A stretch of 64,000 bases of DNA from NCBI GenBank assembly GCA_963740355.1, contig CAVUDW010000002.1, forward strand, positions 1 to 64,000, in the 5' to 3' direction. Of this stretch, positions 1 through 8,599 are shown piece by piece (positions within the stretch are counted from its first letter, which is position 1; each line of letters begins with the position of its first letter). The stretch comes from an uncultured Gemmatimonadaceae bacterium. Its GTDB lineage: Bacteria; Gemmatimonadota; Gemmatimonadetes; Gemmatimonadales; Gemmatimonadaceae. The notes beneath the pieces are model-generated. The model was not told the DNA's origin and did no database searches. It worked only from the letters and a program-made list of their open reading frames with translations. The position numbers were made by a program, and so were the translations under genes.

Positions 1-13
1 GCGTCCCTCCTTG

Positions 14-565
14 TCACCCCACCCTGAACCCAGCTGCATACAGGATGCCCAGCGCGGTCTTGGCGTCCTTGATCACACCGGTGCGCACCATGTCGAGTGC
101 TTGTGTGAGCGGCACCACTTCGACCGAGATGAATTCGTCCGCTTCACGCTGCGCTTCGCCGCGTGTGAGGTCGAAGGCGATGAAGAGGTGGATCTTCTCG
201 TCGGTGAAGCCCGGCGTCGTGAACATCGTGTGCATATGATGCAGCGTGCCGGCGGTGCAGCCGGTTTCTTCTTTCAACTCACGTGCAGCACAGGTCTCCG
301 GGGCCTCGCCAGGATCGAGGCGGCCGGCGGGGATTTCGTAGAGATAGTCGAGCGCCGCATATCGGTACTGCTTGATCAGCAGGAGCTGCGGATCTCGGCC
401 GGTCGGATCAGAGATGAACGGCACGATCGCGCTCGCGCCCGGATGGCGCACCATCTCCAGTTCGCCTTCACTGCCATCTGGGAAACGCACCGTGTCAACA
501 TCGAGACTGATCACGCGTCCCGTGTACGCACGACGCGTCGAGACTTGCCCTGGTTCGATGCTCAT
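14..565 (-). CDS. NUDIX hydrolase (ADP-ribose pyrophosphatase-like)
   Basis: Nudix box GRLDPGEAPETCAARELKEETG; QYRYA and EIPAG motifs typical of NudF-type enzymes. Confidence 0.9.
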   Translation of the reverse strand: MSIEPGQVSTRRAYTGRVISLDVDTVRFPDGSEGELEMVRHPGASAIVPFISDPTGRDPQLLLIKQYRYAALDYLYEIPAGRLDPGEAPETCAARELKEETGCTAGTLHHMHTMFTTPGFTDEKIHLFIAFDLTRGEAQREADEFISVEVVPLTQALDMVRTGVIKDAKTALGILYAAGFRVG

Positions 566-683
566 CGGCCGCTGTTGCTGAGATACGTGCTAGTGAGATA
601 CGCAGCGCTGAGATACACGCGAGTGCGAATGGAGGTGCTGCGATCAGTCGGTCCGAAACACTGCGCGGTGCGCGAGACTCGCA

Positions 684-2084
684 TCATGTGCCGAGTGTGT
701 CGACGGGATCGATCACCTTCACATCACCGATGCCCAGCTCGGCCAGCGGACCGCTGATCGCATCCGGATCGCCGACCGCGACGACCTGCAGGCAGGATGG
801 ATCGAAGTGCTTCTGCGCCACGCGCAGGATGTCGTCCGCCGTCACCGCACGAATGTTGGCGCGATAGCTGTCGTAGTAGTCGGCCGGCAGGTTGTAGATC
901 GCCTGCGATGCCAGCGCGGATGCGATCGCGCGGGTCGTCTCGAAACGAATCGGGAAGACGCCATCCATGTAGCTGATCGCCAGCGACAGTTCCTTCGCCG
1001 ACACCGGCTCGGTGCGGATGCGATCGAACTCGTTGAGGATCTCGCGCACCGCCTTCGCACTGACATCACTCTGTACGGCAGCGTCCATCGAGAATGGGCC
1101 AGCCCAGCGACGCCAATCGACGCCACTGTGGGCGCCGTAGGTGTAGGCATGCTCCTCGCGCAGGTTGAGGTTCAACCGGCTCGAGAACAGTCCACCGAGA
1201 ATCGCGTTGCAGAGGACCAGCGGGAAGTAGTCTTCCGTCAAACGCGGCGGACCGACATGACCGACGCGCAGCTCACTCTGCGGCGCGTCGACCTTGCGCA
1301 CGATCGTGATGCCGCGCGGTGCATTCAGTGTGGCATCGGGGCGGGAGTTGATCACCGGCATCGGCCCCGTCCACCCACCGAGCACCTTCGTCACCAGTGC
1401 CACACCTTCGTCGATCGAAAGGTCGCCGGCGATCACCACGGTCGTGACCTGTGGCGAATAACGCTCGCGATAGAAAGCGCGCAGCTGGTCGAGCGTGAGC
1501 GCCTTCACCGACTGCTCGGAACCGCCATCGGGACGCGCGTATCGTGCGTCAGGAGCGTAGATCGCCTGCACCAACGCTTCGTCCGCCAATGACCGCGGCT
1601 CGCTCCGCTGCTGCAGCAGGTCGGCCAGTCGTTCGGTGCGCAGACGCTGGAATTCATCATCCGGCAGCGACGGCTCGGTCAACACCCGCGCCAGCAACTT
1701 GATCGCCTCGGGCAAGCGCGACGACAGCGTGGTCAGCTTCACCACGCTTGAATCCCAATCCGCGCCAGCGTCCAGCGTGCTCCCCATCGACTCCACCAGC
1801 TCGGCCAGCGCAGCACCTGTCAGATCGCCGGTGCCTTCCGTGAGCAGGCTGGCCGTCAACTGCGCGACGCCTTCTTGGCCAACGGGATCCGACACCGAGC
1901 CGGCATCGACCAATGCCAGCACCGTCACCAGTGGCAGCTTGCGGACCGGCGCAATGACGATGCGCAATCCGTTCGGCAGGGTGTGCGATTCGAAGGCCGG
2001 AAAGTGATAGTCGCGCGGCGTGCCGGGCGTCGGGCGCACCGAATTGTCGTCTGCCGACATTGTCGGCGTGGTGGTCGCGCTCAT
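684..2084 (-). CDS. M16 (pitrilysin/insulinase) family peptidase, non-catalytic subunit
   Basis: LPNGLRI start of the fold, GGLFSSRLNLNLREEHAYTY C-terminal motif, no HxxEH; ATGA overlap with upstream M16 gene. Confidence 0.88.
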   Translation of the reverse strand: MSATTTPTMSADDNSVRPTPGTPRDYHFPAFESHTLPNGLRIVIAPVRKLPLVTVLALVDAGSVSDPVGQEGVAQLTASLLTEGTGDLTGAALAELVESMGSTLDAGADWDSSVVKLTTLSSRLPEAIKLLARVLTEPSLPDDEFQRLRTERLADLLQQRSEPRSLADEALVQAIYAPDARYARPDGGSEQSVKALTLDQLRAFYRERYSPQVTTVVIAGDLSIDEGVALVTKVLGGWTGPMPVINSRPDATLNAPRGITIVRKVDAPQSELRVGHVGPPRLTEDYFPLVLCNAILGGLFSSRLNLNLREEHAYTYGAHSGVDWRRWAGPFSMDAAVQSDVSAKAVREILNEFDRIRTEPVSAKELSLAISYMDGVFPIRFETTRAIASALASQAIYNLPADYYDSYRANIRAVTADDILRVAQKHFDPSCLQVVAVGDPDAISGPLAELGIGDVKVIDPVDTLGT

Positions 2085-3367
2085 GCTGCGTCCTCCTGCT
2101 CGACTGCTTTCGGCACGTAGAGCAGCGTCGCGCGGTTGTTACTCGTGCACCACTCCTTCGCGAAGGCCGTCACCTGCTCCGCCGTCACCGCCCGGTAGAG
2201 GGCTGGCTGTTCGTTGACGAGCGCGGGGTCGCCGAAGTAGGTCGCAAACTTCGACAGTGTATCGGCGCGATCGGAAGCGCTTTGGAGCGACGACACGAAG
2301 TCGGTCTCGATCAACGCCAGCGCACGCGCGAGCTCCAGGTCCGTCACGCCATCCAGCGCAAACGCATCCAGCTCGTCGTGCACCGCCTGTTCGAGGCGAT
2401 CAGGTGTCACGTCGCCATTCGCGGTTGCATCCACGATCAGCAGGTCAGCGCCCTTCGTGAGGTCGAAGGTGTAGGCGGTGGCATCGGCTGCGACCCGCAG
2501 TTCACGCACCAGTCGACGATAGAGGCGGCTTCCCTTGCGCATGCCGAGGATCGCGCCGGCCACGCTGGCGGCGTACCAATCCGGGCTGCCGGAAGGCGGA
2601 ATTCGCATTGCCACGATCGCACGCGGCAGCTGCACATCGTCTTCCACAACTTCGCGCAACGGGCGCTCGAATCGTGGGGCGACGCTGAAATCAGGGCGCG
2701 CGGGCGGGGCAGGATTGCGCGCGATGCCGCCGAAATACTTGCGCACAAGTTCCTTCGCTTCGGCCATGTCGAAATCACCAGCGATGGTCAGCACCGCATT
2801 GTCGGGCGTGTACCAGGTCGCGAAGAACTCGGCCACATCTTCCAGTGACGCCTCGCTGAGGTGCTCCATCGAACCGATCAGCGAGTGGTGATAGGGATGG
2901 GTGGACGGATAGGTCAGCGCCGGCAGCTTTTCCCACCAGGTGCCGTAGGGCTGGTTGTCCACGCTCCAGCGGCGCTCGTTCTTCACGACATCGCGCTGCG
3001 TATCGAGCTTCTGCTGCGTCATGGCCGGCAGCAGCTTCCCCATCCGATCCGCCTCGAGCCACAAGGCGAGCGCCAGCTGATTGCTTGGCACCGTCTCGAA
3101 ATAGTTGGTGCGATCGAGCCAGGTGCTGCCGTTCAACGTGCCACCGGCGCGCTGCACCAGTTCGAAGTGCTCATTGGCTTCGACGTTTGCCGACCCCTGA
3201 AAGAGCATGTGTTCGAAGAGGTGCGCGAAGCCCGTGCGGCCCTCGCGTTCATTCGCGCTCCCCACGTGATACCAGAGATTCACCGCCACCAACGGGGCGA
3301 CGTGATCCTCGGAATAGGTGACGCGGAGCCCATTGGGCAGGGTTTCGGTTTCGATCGGTATTTGCAT
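2081..3367 (-). CDS. M16 family zinc peptidase, catalytic subunit
   Basis: HLFEH inverted zincin motif, NGST..DRTNY, VVKNERR; no signal peptide. Confidence 0.92.
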   Translation of the reverse strand: MQIPIETETLPNGLRVTYSEDHVAPLVAVNLWYHVGSANEREGRTGFAHLFEHMLFQGSANVEANEHFELVQRAGGTLNGSTWLDRTNYFETVPSNQLALALWLEADRMGKLLPAMTQQKLDTQRDVVKNERRWSVDNQPYGTWWEKLPALTYPSTHPYHHSLIGSMEHLSEASLEDVAEFFATWYTPDNAVLTIAGDFDMAEAKELVRKYFGGIARNPAPPARPDFSVAPRFERPLREVVEDDVQLPRAIVAMRIPPSGSPDWYAASVAGAILGMRKGSRLYRRLVRELRVAADATAYTFDLTKGADLLIVDATANGDVTPDRLEQAVHDELDAFALDGVTDLELARALALIETDFVSSLQSASDRADTLSKFATYFGDPALVNEQPALYRAVTAEQVTAFAKEWCTSNNRATLLYVPKAVEQEDAA

Positions 3368-3371
3368 ATGA

Positions 3372-3415
3372 ATGAAAAGATACCGCCCTGAGACACCGAA
3401 GTGCCTCAGGGCGGT
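3372..3415 (-). terminator. Intrinsic terminator, minus strand
   Basis: Minus strand ACCGCCCTGAGGCAC-TTCG-GTGTCTCAGGGCGGT (15-bp stem, cUUCGg loop, one G-U pair) followed by ATCTTTTCATT; ends a few nt before the M16 ATG at 3367. Confidence 0.7.
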
Positions 3416-3426
3416 TCGCCAGGTGG

Positions 3427-3660
3427 GAAGTGGGCGCCGTCAGGCAGCCCGCTCCTACCGCAGCATTGAACGAAGCGGATTTTTCGTCCTGCCAAGGCGG
3501 AGACCGCAGCAATACCGCGAGGTATTGCGAGGATCGACAACGCCGGCAGGGCGGAAAAGACGCAAGTTCAACGAACGCCCGCATGCCTTAGTGCATGCGG
3601 GGCCGGGGAGGCCAGGATTGATCAAGTAGCTGGTCCACTCCTGGGTCGCGCGCCCACCCC
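3427..3660 (-). ncRNA. Candidate structured non-coding RNA, family unassigned
   Basis: Closing helix GGGGTGGGCGC/GCGCCCACTTC on the minus strand, internal hairpin CCGCATGC-N6-GCATGCGG, 106-nt hairpin at 3466-3571, downstream terminator; no credible ORF. Confidence 0.45.
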
Positions 3661-3705
3661 GATAGTCGTTCCTGAAATTCGTGCCATTGGTCGTCGAGGC
3701 TCAGC

Positions 3706-4299
3706 TCAGTAACCAGGATCGCGCGCCCAGCCACCGTTGCCACCGAGGCTCAGTCCAGCTCGCATCACGAAGGCGCCACCATTCGCACGCGTGTCGTCAG
3801 CGATCCGCTTGCCGGCGCGCAGGAACTGGTAGCCACCGGCGAGGTTCAGCTGCACACCCTTCGCGAGGTAGATCATAGAGCCAACGCCACCACCGAGCTG
3901 CGTCACGTTCGACTTGTATTCGAGATCCTGCACGACTTCTGCGCGCTCGAGCAGCCCACCACGCCCGTACATGTAGGGCGTGAAGTTCGAGGCCGCGAAC
4001 GGCAGTGCGAGTCGTGGTTCGATGTAGAAGCCCGACAGCGTGGCCTGGCGCTGCGTGCCAAGCACATCGTGCCATGACCGCTGATAGCCCGCCGACAGCG
4101 ACAGGTTGCTGATGCCCACGGTGAACTGCGCTTCGGCACCACGACCGTCATTGAGGTCGTTGAACACGTTGCCACGCAGCGCCTGATAGTTGGCGCCGGC
4201 TTCCACCGTGAACATCGGCGCATCTCTATGCTGCGCCATCACCGGCGCGGCGCTGGTCAGCAGTGCGATTGAGGCGAGGGCAAAACGACGATTCGACAT
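3706..4299 (-). CDS. Outer-membrane beta-barrel protein (8-strand OMP-like)
   Basis: Sec signal peptide (..APVMA/Q), alternating amphipathic strands, FTPYMYGRGG motif; GGAG RBS. Confidence 0.7.
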   Translation of the reverse strand: MSNRRFALASIALLTSAAPVMAQHRDAPMFTVEAGANYQALRGNVFNDLNDGRGAEAQFTVGISNLSLSAGYQRSWHDVLGTQRQATLSGFYIEPRLALPFAASNFTPYMYGRGGLLERAEVVQDLEYKSNVTQLGGGVGSMIYLAKGVQLNLAGGYQFLRAGKRIADDTRANGGAFVMRAGLSLGGNGGWARDPGY

Positions 4300-4361
4300 T
4301 GGCGAGCTCCGGTTGAGATCAACAGCGCAGGCGCGACACCCCGCTGCGTGATCCCTACCTC

Positions 4362-4379
4362 AAGCACACCCGATGCCGT
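4362..4379 (-). promoter_or_regulatory. Possible sigma54 (-24/-12) promoter for the OMP gene
   Basis: Minus strand cGGCATCGGGTGTGCt has GG-N10-GC spacing; IHF-like site (CAAcgagTTA) at 4409-4418 just upstream. Confidence 0.4.
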
Positions 4380-4540
4380 CCGGAACACTCAGGGAACCTG
4401 TTGATCTACAACGAGTTACGCCTCTTGCTCCGACCGCCGTGTCCGTTTCCGGGGACAGCCACGTGTCACCTCGACAACGCGCTGCCTCATTTGCGATGCC
4501 ATTTGCGTGCTGCGCGCATAACTACTCGCGCAGACTGCTG

Positions 4541-4938
4541 TCGCGCGCGTGCCGCGCCGAGCGGTCTACACTCCCTCACGCGGAGCCGCGGGGGACGCGG
4601 AGCCGCGGGGAACTGCACTCGGGCGCGTTCCGCGCAGGAGGGGCGTACATCTGAGTAGTGACTTTTTCTCAGAAGGACATGCATCAGCGCGGCAAATGCG
4701 CAGCTGCGATGCGCCTCGCAGCTGCAGTTCTCAAAGCTTTTGCGGTTGCGGTCCTCCGCGACTCCGCGTCCCCCGCGGCTCCGCGTGAGGGAGTGTAGAC
4801 CGACCGGCGCGGCACGCGCGTGAGCGCAGTTGTTGTTCTCCAAGCCGTTGCCGTTGCAGTCCTCCGCGGCTCCGCGTCCCCCGCGGCTCCGCGTGAGGAA
4901 GTGTAGACCGACCGGCGCGGCACGCGCGCGAGCGCAGT
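4541..4938. repeat. Three copies of a ~80-bp GC-rich unit: one forward (4541-4617), two reverse in a 108-bp tandem (4747-4830, 4855-4938)
   Basis: Shared core CGGTCTACACTYCCTCACGCGGAGCCGCGGGGGACGCGGAG; GTGTAGAC at 4793 and 4901; internal 9-bp periodicity. Confidence 0.9.
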
Positions 4939-5072
4939 GCTGCGGCTGTTCAGTTCTGCGGCTGTTGCAGTATCGCAGTTTTCTGTTCTGCGTTAAGGCA
5001 GTTCGGCAGTTGCACTTGAGCAGTTGTAGTTCTCTGCGCCTCTGCGACACTGCGTTTTGCCGTTGCCGTTCG
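4939..5072. repeat. Dispersed AACWGC/CCGCAGAAC-type intergenic repeat, copy 1 (reverse orientation)
   Basis: Reverse complement contains AACTGCCTTAACGCAGAAC...CAACAGCCGCAGAACTGAACAGCCGCAG, matching the tracts at 13.8, 15.3 and 21.2 kb. Confidence 0.75.
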
Positions 5073-5080
5073 TCGCGATC

Positions 5081-6295
5081 CTAGATCTCCGCCGTCGGAT
5101 TCCGGCGGAGTTCCTTGGGCAGGCCTTCGAAGAGTTGATTGAGTTCGGCGGCGCGTTCGAGGGAGGTGACGAAGGTCACGCCGGGCAACGAGACGACCAG
5201 CAGTGAGTTCACGCCGTAGACCACGACGCGACCGGATTCGGTGTGCACGACGTTCGATTCCGCATCAACCAATAGCGCATCGCCGATCACGCCGTTGCCC
5301 GTGTCATCCAGCTCGCGCACGCGACGGAGACAGGCCCAGGTGCCCACGTCGTCCCAGCCGAAGGATGATGGAACGCAGATCAGGGAGTCGATGCGTTCCA
5401 GCAGGCCGCGTTCGATCGAGACCGACTGCACCATGCCGAAGAACCGATCCACCTTGCCGTTCGCCAGGTACGCGAGGCCGTCCTGCAGCTCGGGCGTATT
5501 CGCTTCCAGTGCATCGAGCACGGCGCCGGCTTGCCAGCAGTAGATGCCGGCGTTCCACATCGCCCCTTCGGCGATGAACTCTTCCGCTTGCAGGGGGCCG
5601 GGCTTCTCGACGAACCGTTCCACCATGCAGGCACCACCCTTCGACATCTCGATGCCCGGTTCCAGTTCGGCGCCACTGAGCATGTAGCCGAAGCCCGTGT
5701 CAGGGCGAGTCGGTCGCGCACCAATGGCTACCAGTGCACCGTCGTCGCGGGAGGCATAACCTGCGGCGCGACGGATCGTGTTGCGGAATTCGTCCTCGAA
5801 CTGGGCCGAGAGGTCGGCGTGCAGGGCGCAGAACACCGTGCTGCGGCCCGAGCGGTTGATGATCTCCTGCGCACCCCATGCGAGGGCCGCTGCCGTGCCG
5901 AGCGGGCGCGGCTCGATCAGCATGTTCTTGGCCGGCAGCTCCGGGATCGCGGCACGGATCGCGTCGGAGATGTCGGCGCTGGTCAGGACCAGCGTGCGTT
6001 CGGCCGGGATCAGCGGCTGCAGGCGGGCCAGCGTGTCGGCGATCAGCGGGCGATCACCCACCAGGCGAAGCAGCGGCTTCGGGCGTTCCGGGGTGCTCAG
6101 CGGCCAGAAGCGCGATCCGATACCGCCCGCGAAAACCACCGCCCAGAGTGCGCTGTCGGTCTCCAGCTGCGCATCCATCTCCGGCTGGTCCTGCGGCAGA
6201 AAGCCCAGCGTCGCATCGTCGAAGGCGGAGGTCGTTATGCCGGGCAGTCCTGCGCCCTGACTTCCAGGCAACGACGAGTGCGGGTTTTCAGCCAT
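5081..6295 (-). CDS. manC: Mannose-1-phosphate guanylyltransferase
   Basis: AGGIGSRFWPLSTPERPKP, IEP..GTA, FVEKP, WNAG, GWDDVGTW motifs; start moved to ATG 6295 with GGAG RBS. Confidence 0.88.
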   Translation of the reverse strand: MAENPHSSLPGSQGAGLPGITTSAFDDATLGFLPQDQPEMDAQLETDSALWAVVFAGGIGSRFWPLSTPERPKPLLRLVGDRPLIADTLARLQPLIPAERTLVLTSADISDAIRAAIPELPAKNMLIEPRPLGTAAALAWGAQEIINRSGRSTVFCALHADLSAQFEDEFRNTIRRAAGYASRDDGALVAIGARPTRPDTGFGYMLSGAELEPGIEMSKGGACMVERFVEKPGPLQAEEFIAEGAMWNAGIYCWQAGAVLDALEANTPELQDGLAYLANGKVDRFFGMVQSVSIERGLLERIDSLICVPSSFGWDDVGTWACLRRVRELDDTGNGVIGDALLVDAESNVVHTESGRVVVYGVNSLLVVSLPGVTFVTSLERAAELNQLFEGLPKELRRNPTAEI

Positions 6296-6485
6296 GGATC
6301 GTGCTCCAGACTCGGGAACAGGCGGCGGGCGGCGCCGGCGCCGAGACGAGAGGTCGGCGCAGGCGAGCGCGAATGAAAGCGGAACGGGTGCTTCGAGGCC
6401 AGTGATCGAATCGGTGGCCCAGCACCGAGAGCCGATGCGCCTCGCCGGCGCCGGACTGCGCCGACCCTCAGGGGCCAAACGGCAG

Positions 6486-6518
6486 AGCGCCCGATTCGCG
6501 GTCTGCGAATCGGGCGCT
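6486..6518 (-). terminator. Stem-loop downstream of OMP gene (probable terminator)
   Basis: 14-bp perfect stem AGCGCCCGATTCGC/GCGAATCGGGCGCT; weak U tract. Confidence 0.55.
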
Positions 6519-6549
6519 GCTGAACATCGGACTCGCTGATCGATCCAGC

Positions 6550-7107
6550 TTACGGCTTGAACATCACGCCGAAGGAGATCGGGATCAGGCGGGCCGAGCC
6601 ACCGTCGCCGAAGATGTTGTGAAAACGGCCTTCAGCGAAGGCATCGAAGCCGGCCAGCTTGAAGGTCACACCGCCGCCAGCGTTCAGGCCGAGCTTGGTG
6701 CCGAAGTCACGGTTGCCCGAGTAGACGCCGGCGCCACCGATCACGTACGGAACGAAGGTGGCGTCCTTGGCCCCTTCGAAGTTGTACACGACGTTGCCGT
6801 TCACCGTGACCAGCGTGAGCGACGGGTTGCTGCCAGAAATGCCGCCGATGTTCACCGTCTTGCCGCTGTTCGTCCACAGGCCGACATCGCCGCGGAGCGT
6901 GAACGGCGACGAGCTCGGCTTGATGCTGGCGTGTCCCTGAATGTTGAACCCGCTGCCGTATCCGTCACCCAGATCACCGATCGGCAGCGTCAGACCGCCG
7001 GAAACGCCGAACCGCGCGCCACCTGCGTCGAGCGCCTGTGCCTGCGCCATCTGGGCCGTGCCCGTCATGGCTGCGAAGACCGCCGCGCCAACAAGAAGCT
7101 TCTTCAT
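6550..7107 (-). CDS. Outer-membrane beta-barrel protein
   Basis: Signal peptide MKKLLV..AQA, FVPYVIGGAGVY, C-terminal beta strand ending in F-K-P. Confidence 0.78.
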   Translation of the reverse strand: MKKLLVGAAVFAAMTGTAQMAQAQALDAGGARFGVSGGLTLPIGDLGDGYGSGFNIQGHASIKPSSSPFTLRGDVGLWTNSGKTVNIGGISGSNPSLTLVTVNGNVVYNFEGAKDATFVPYVIGGAGVYSGNRDFGTKLGLNAGGGVTFKLAGFDAFAEGRFHNIFGDGGSARLIPISFGVMFKP

Positions 7108-7677
7108 GCTTTTCTACTCCTGAATGTCGAATGTTTACCAGCGTGCAGCAGACCAAGGATTCCGTCGCCCGCACTACGGCACTTCGCTGAATACCGATTC
7201 ATCACATTGGGCAGAGTCAACCATATAAGCAACTCATCCGGTGACACTCACGAGCCTGTGGCTTCATACTGACGCGCCACTGATTCTTTAGTGTTCCTAT
7301 GACAAGCTCCGGTCGATCTCCGCGCTCGAAGAATGAGACGCGCGGCTTATACCCCGCACGACGCGTTTTGGATCCTCCCCACCCGCCGCAGCGCCGCCGC
7401 CGACCGCACTCGGCTCACCGGACTTGCTTGTCCGCCGACGGGGAGGCGCTACCATTCGCCCTGACACCGCGGGCGATTCCCGCACAGCCTCAAGCCTCTG
7501 GTTCCATCGATGATGATGGGCCGACGCGGATCGGTCGAGTGACGTCTGCCTCGGTGTTGTCGCACCACCTCCGGAGACCGTGTTGCAGTGTCTGATCGCC
7601 CCACGGATGTCCTCCCCTCTCGGCCACTGCCGAAGCGCGCCAGCGGTCCGTCCGCGCGGCACACGGCGAACCCGCGC

Positions 7678-8571
7678 ATGAGCAGCGCGTCTCCGCTTCG
7701 CGTCTGGATCGACGGCGAGGTCGTGCAGGATGGCAATCGTGCCGTCTCGGCCTTCGACCGCGGACTGACCCTCGCCGACGGTGTGTTCGAAACGATCCGG
7801 GTGCTGAACGGCGTCGCACCGATGGCCCACGCGCACCTGGCTCGCCTGACGCACGGCGCCGAGCGACTTGGCCTGATGCTGCCCGCGGGCCTCGCCGCAC
7901 ACATCACCGAAGCCGCAACCGCCGCCCTCCGGATGCACACCACCGATGCGGTGCTCCGCGTGACGCTCACCCGCGGTGACGCACTCCCCGGCATGGCCGG
8001 ACTGAGTGGCGGTGCCTCGCGCTCCATCGTCACACTCACACCGCGGATCGCGGTTCGCGACGAAGTGATCGAGCGCGGGCTGACGCTGATCACCAGTCAG
8101 TGGCGCTGGAGTGCGCGCCGAGCCACCGCCGGGATCAAGACGCTCGACTACACCGCCAACGTTCTCGCCCTTCGCGAGGCCCACAGTCAGGGGGCGGACG
8201 ATGCGCTGGTACTGGACACGGATGACCGCATCGTGGGCTGCACGGCGTCGAACATCTGCTGGTTCTCCGACTCCACGCTGTTCACGCCCTCCGCTGCCAC
8301 CGGCGCCCTGCCCGGCACCACACTCGGACTGCTGCGTGCCCTCGCACCGAGCCTTGGCATGACGGTGCAGGAGTCAGAAGCGCCGGTGGAAGCACTGCTG
8401 CACGCCGATGCCGCCTGCGCCAGCAGCTCCATCCGAGGCGTGGTGCCGATCACGCAGCTCGATGGACAGACGATCGGCGGCCATGGTCGCTCGCCGCGGT
8501 TCCGCGCGCTGCACGATGCCTGGCGGTCGGAGATGGCACGTCTGGCGAGCATCGACTTCGTCGTCGACTGA
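7678..8571 (+). CDS. Class IV PLP aminotransferase (aminodeoxychorismate lyase / BCAT-like)
   Basis: DRGLTLADGVFETIR, HLARL, GIKT (PLP Lys), LPGTT; start uncertain (GTG 7588 or ATG 7678). Confidence 0.85.
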   Translation: MSSASPLRVWIDGEVVQDGNRAVSAFDRGLTLADGVFETIRVLNGVAPMAHAHLARLTHGAERLGLMLPAGLAAHITEAATAALRMHTTDAVLRVTLTRGDALPGMAGLSGGASRSIVTLTPRIAVRDEVIERGLTLITSQWRWSARRATAGIKTLDYTANVLALREAHSQGADDALVLDTDDRIVGCTASNICWFSDSTLFTPSAATGALPGTTLGLLRALAPSLGMTVQESEAPVEALLHADAACASSSIRGVVPITQLDGQTIGGHGRSPRFRALHDAWRSEMARLASIDFVVD

Positions 8572-8599
8572 CTGGCGACACGCTAGCGCTGACGTACGA

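Noticed and set aside
3427..3660. Calling the structured region 6S RNA, SRP RNA, tmRNA or a retron msr-msd
   Set aside because: No SRP GGAA/GCAGC domain IV, no tRNA-like ends, 6S motif order not matched, and no reverse transcriptase in the window.
3670..3690. TGGCAC sigma54-like sites (here, and near 9846, 12806, 21156)
   Set aside because: Good -24 element but no GC at the -12 position.
4541..5072. CRISPR or guide-RNA array
   Set aside because: Only three units in mixed orientation, the sequences between tandem copies are homologous rather than unique spacers, and no cas or effector genes are nearby.
4373..5084. ORFs overlapping the repeat block (e.g. 4487-5050)
   Set aside because: They are translations of DNA repeats with no protein-like features.
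7108..7590. Lower-GC intergenic region with ORF 7299-7595
   Set aside because: No RBS, motif or stable structure recognisable; treated as divergent promoter DNA.
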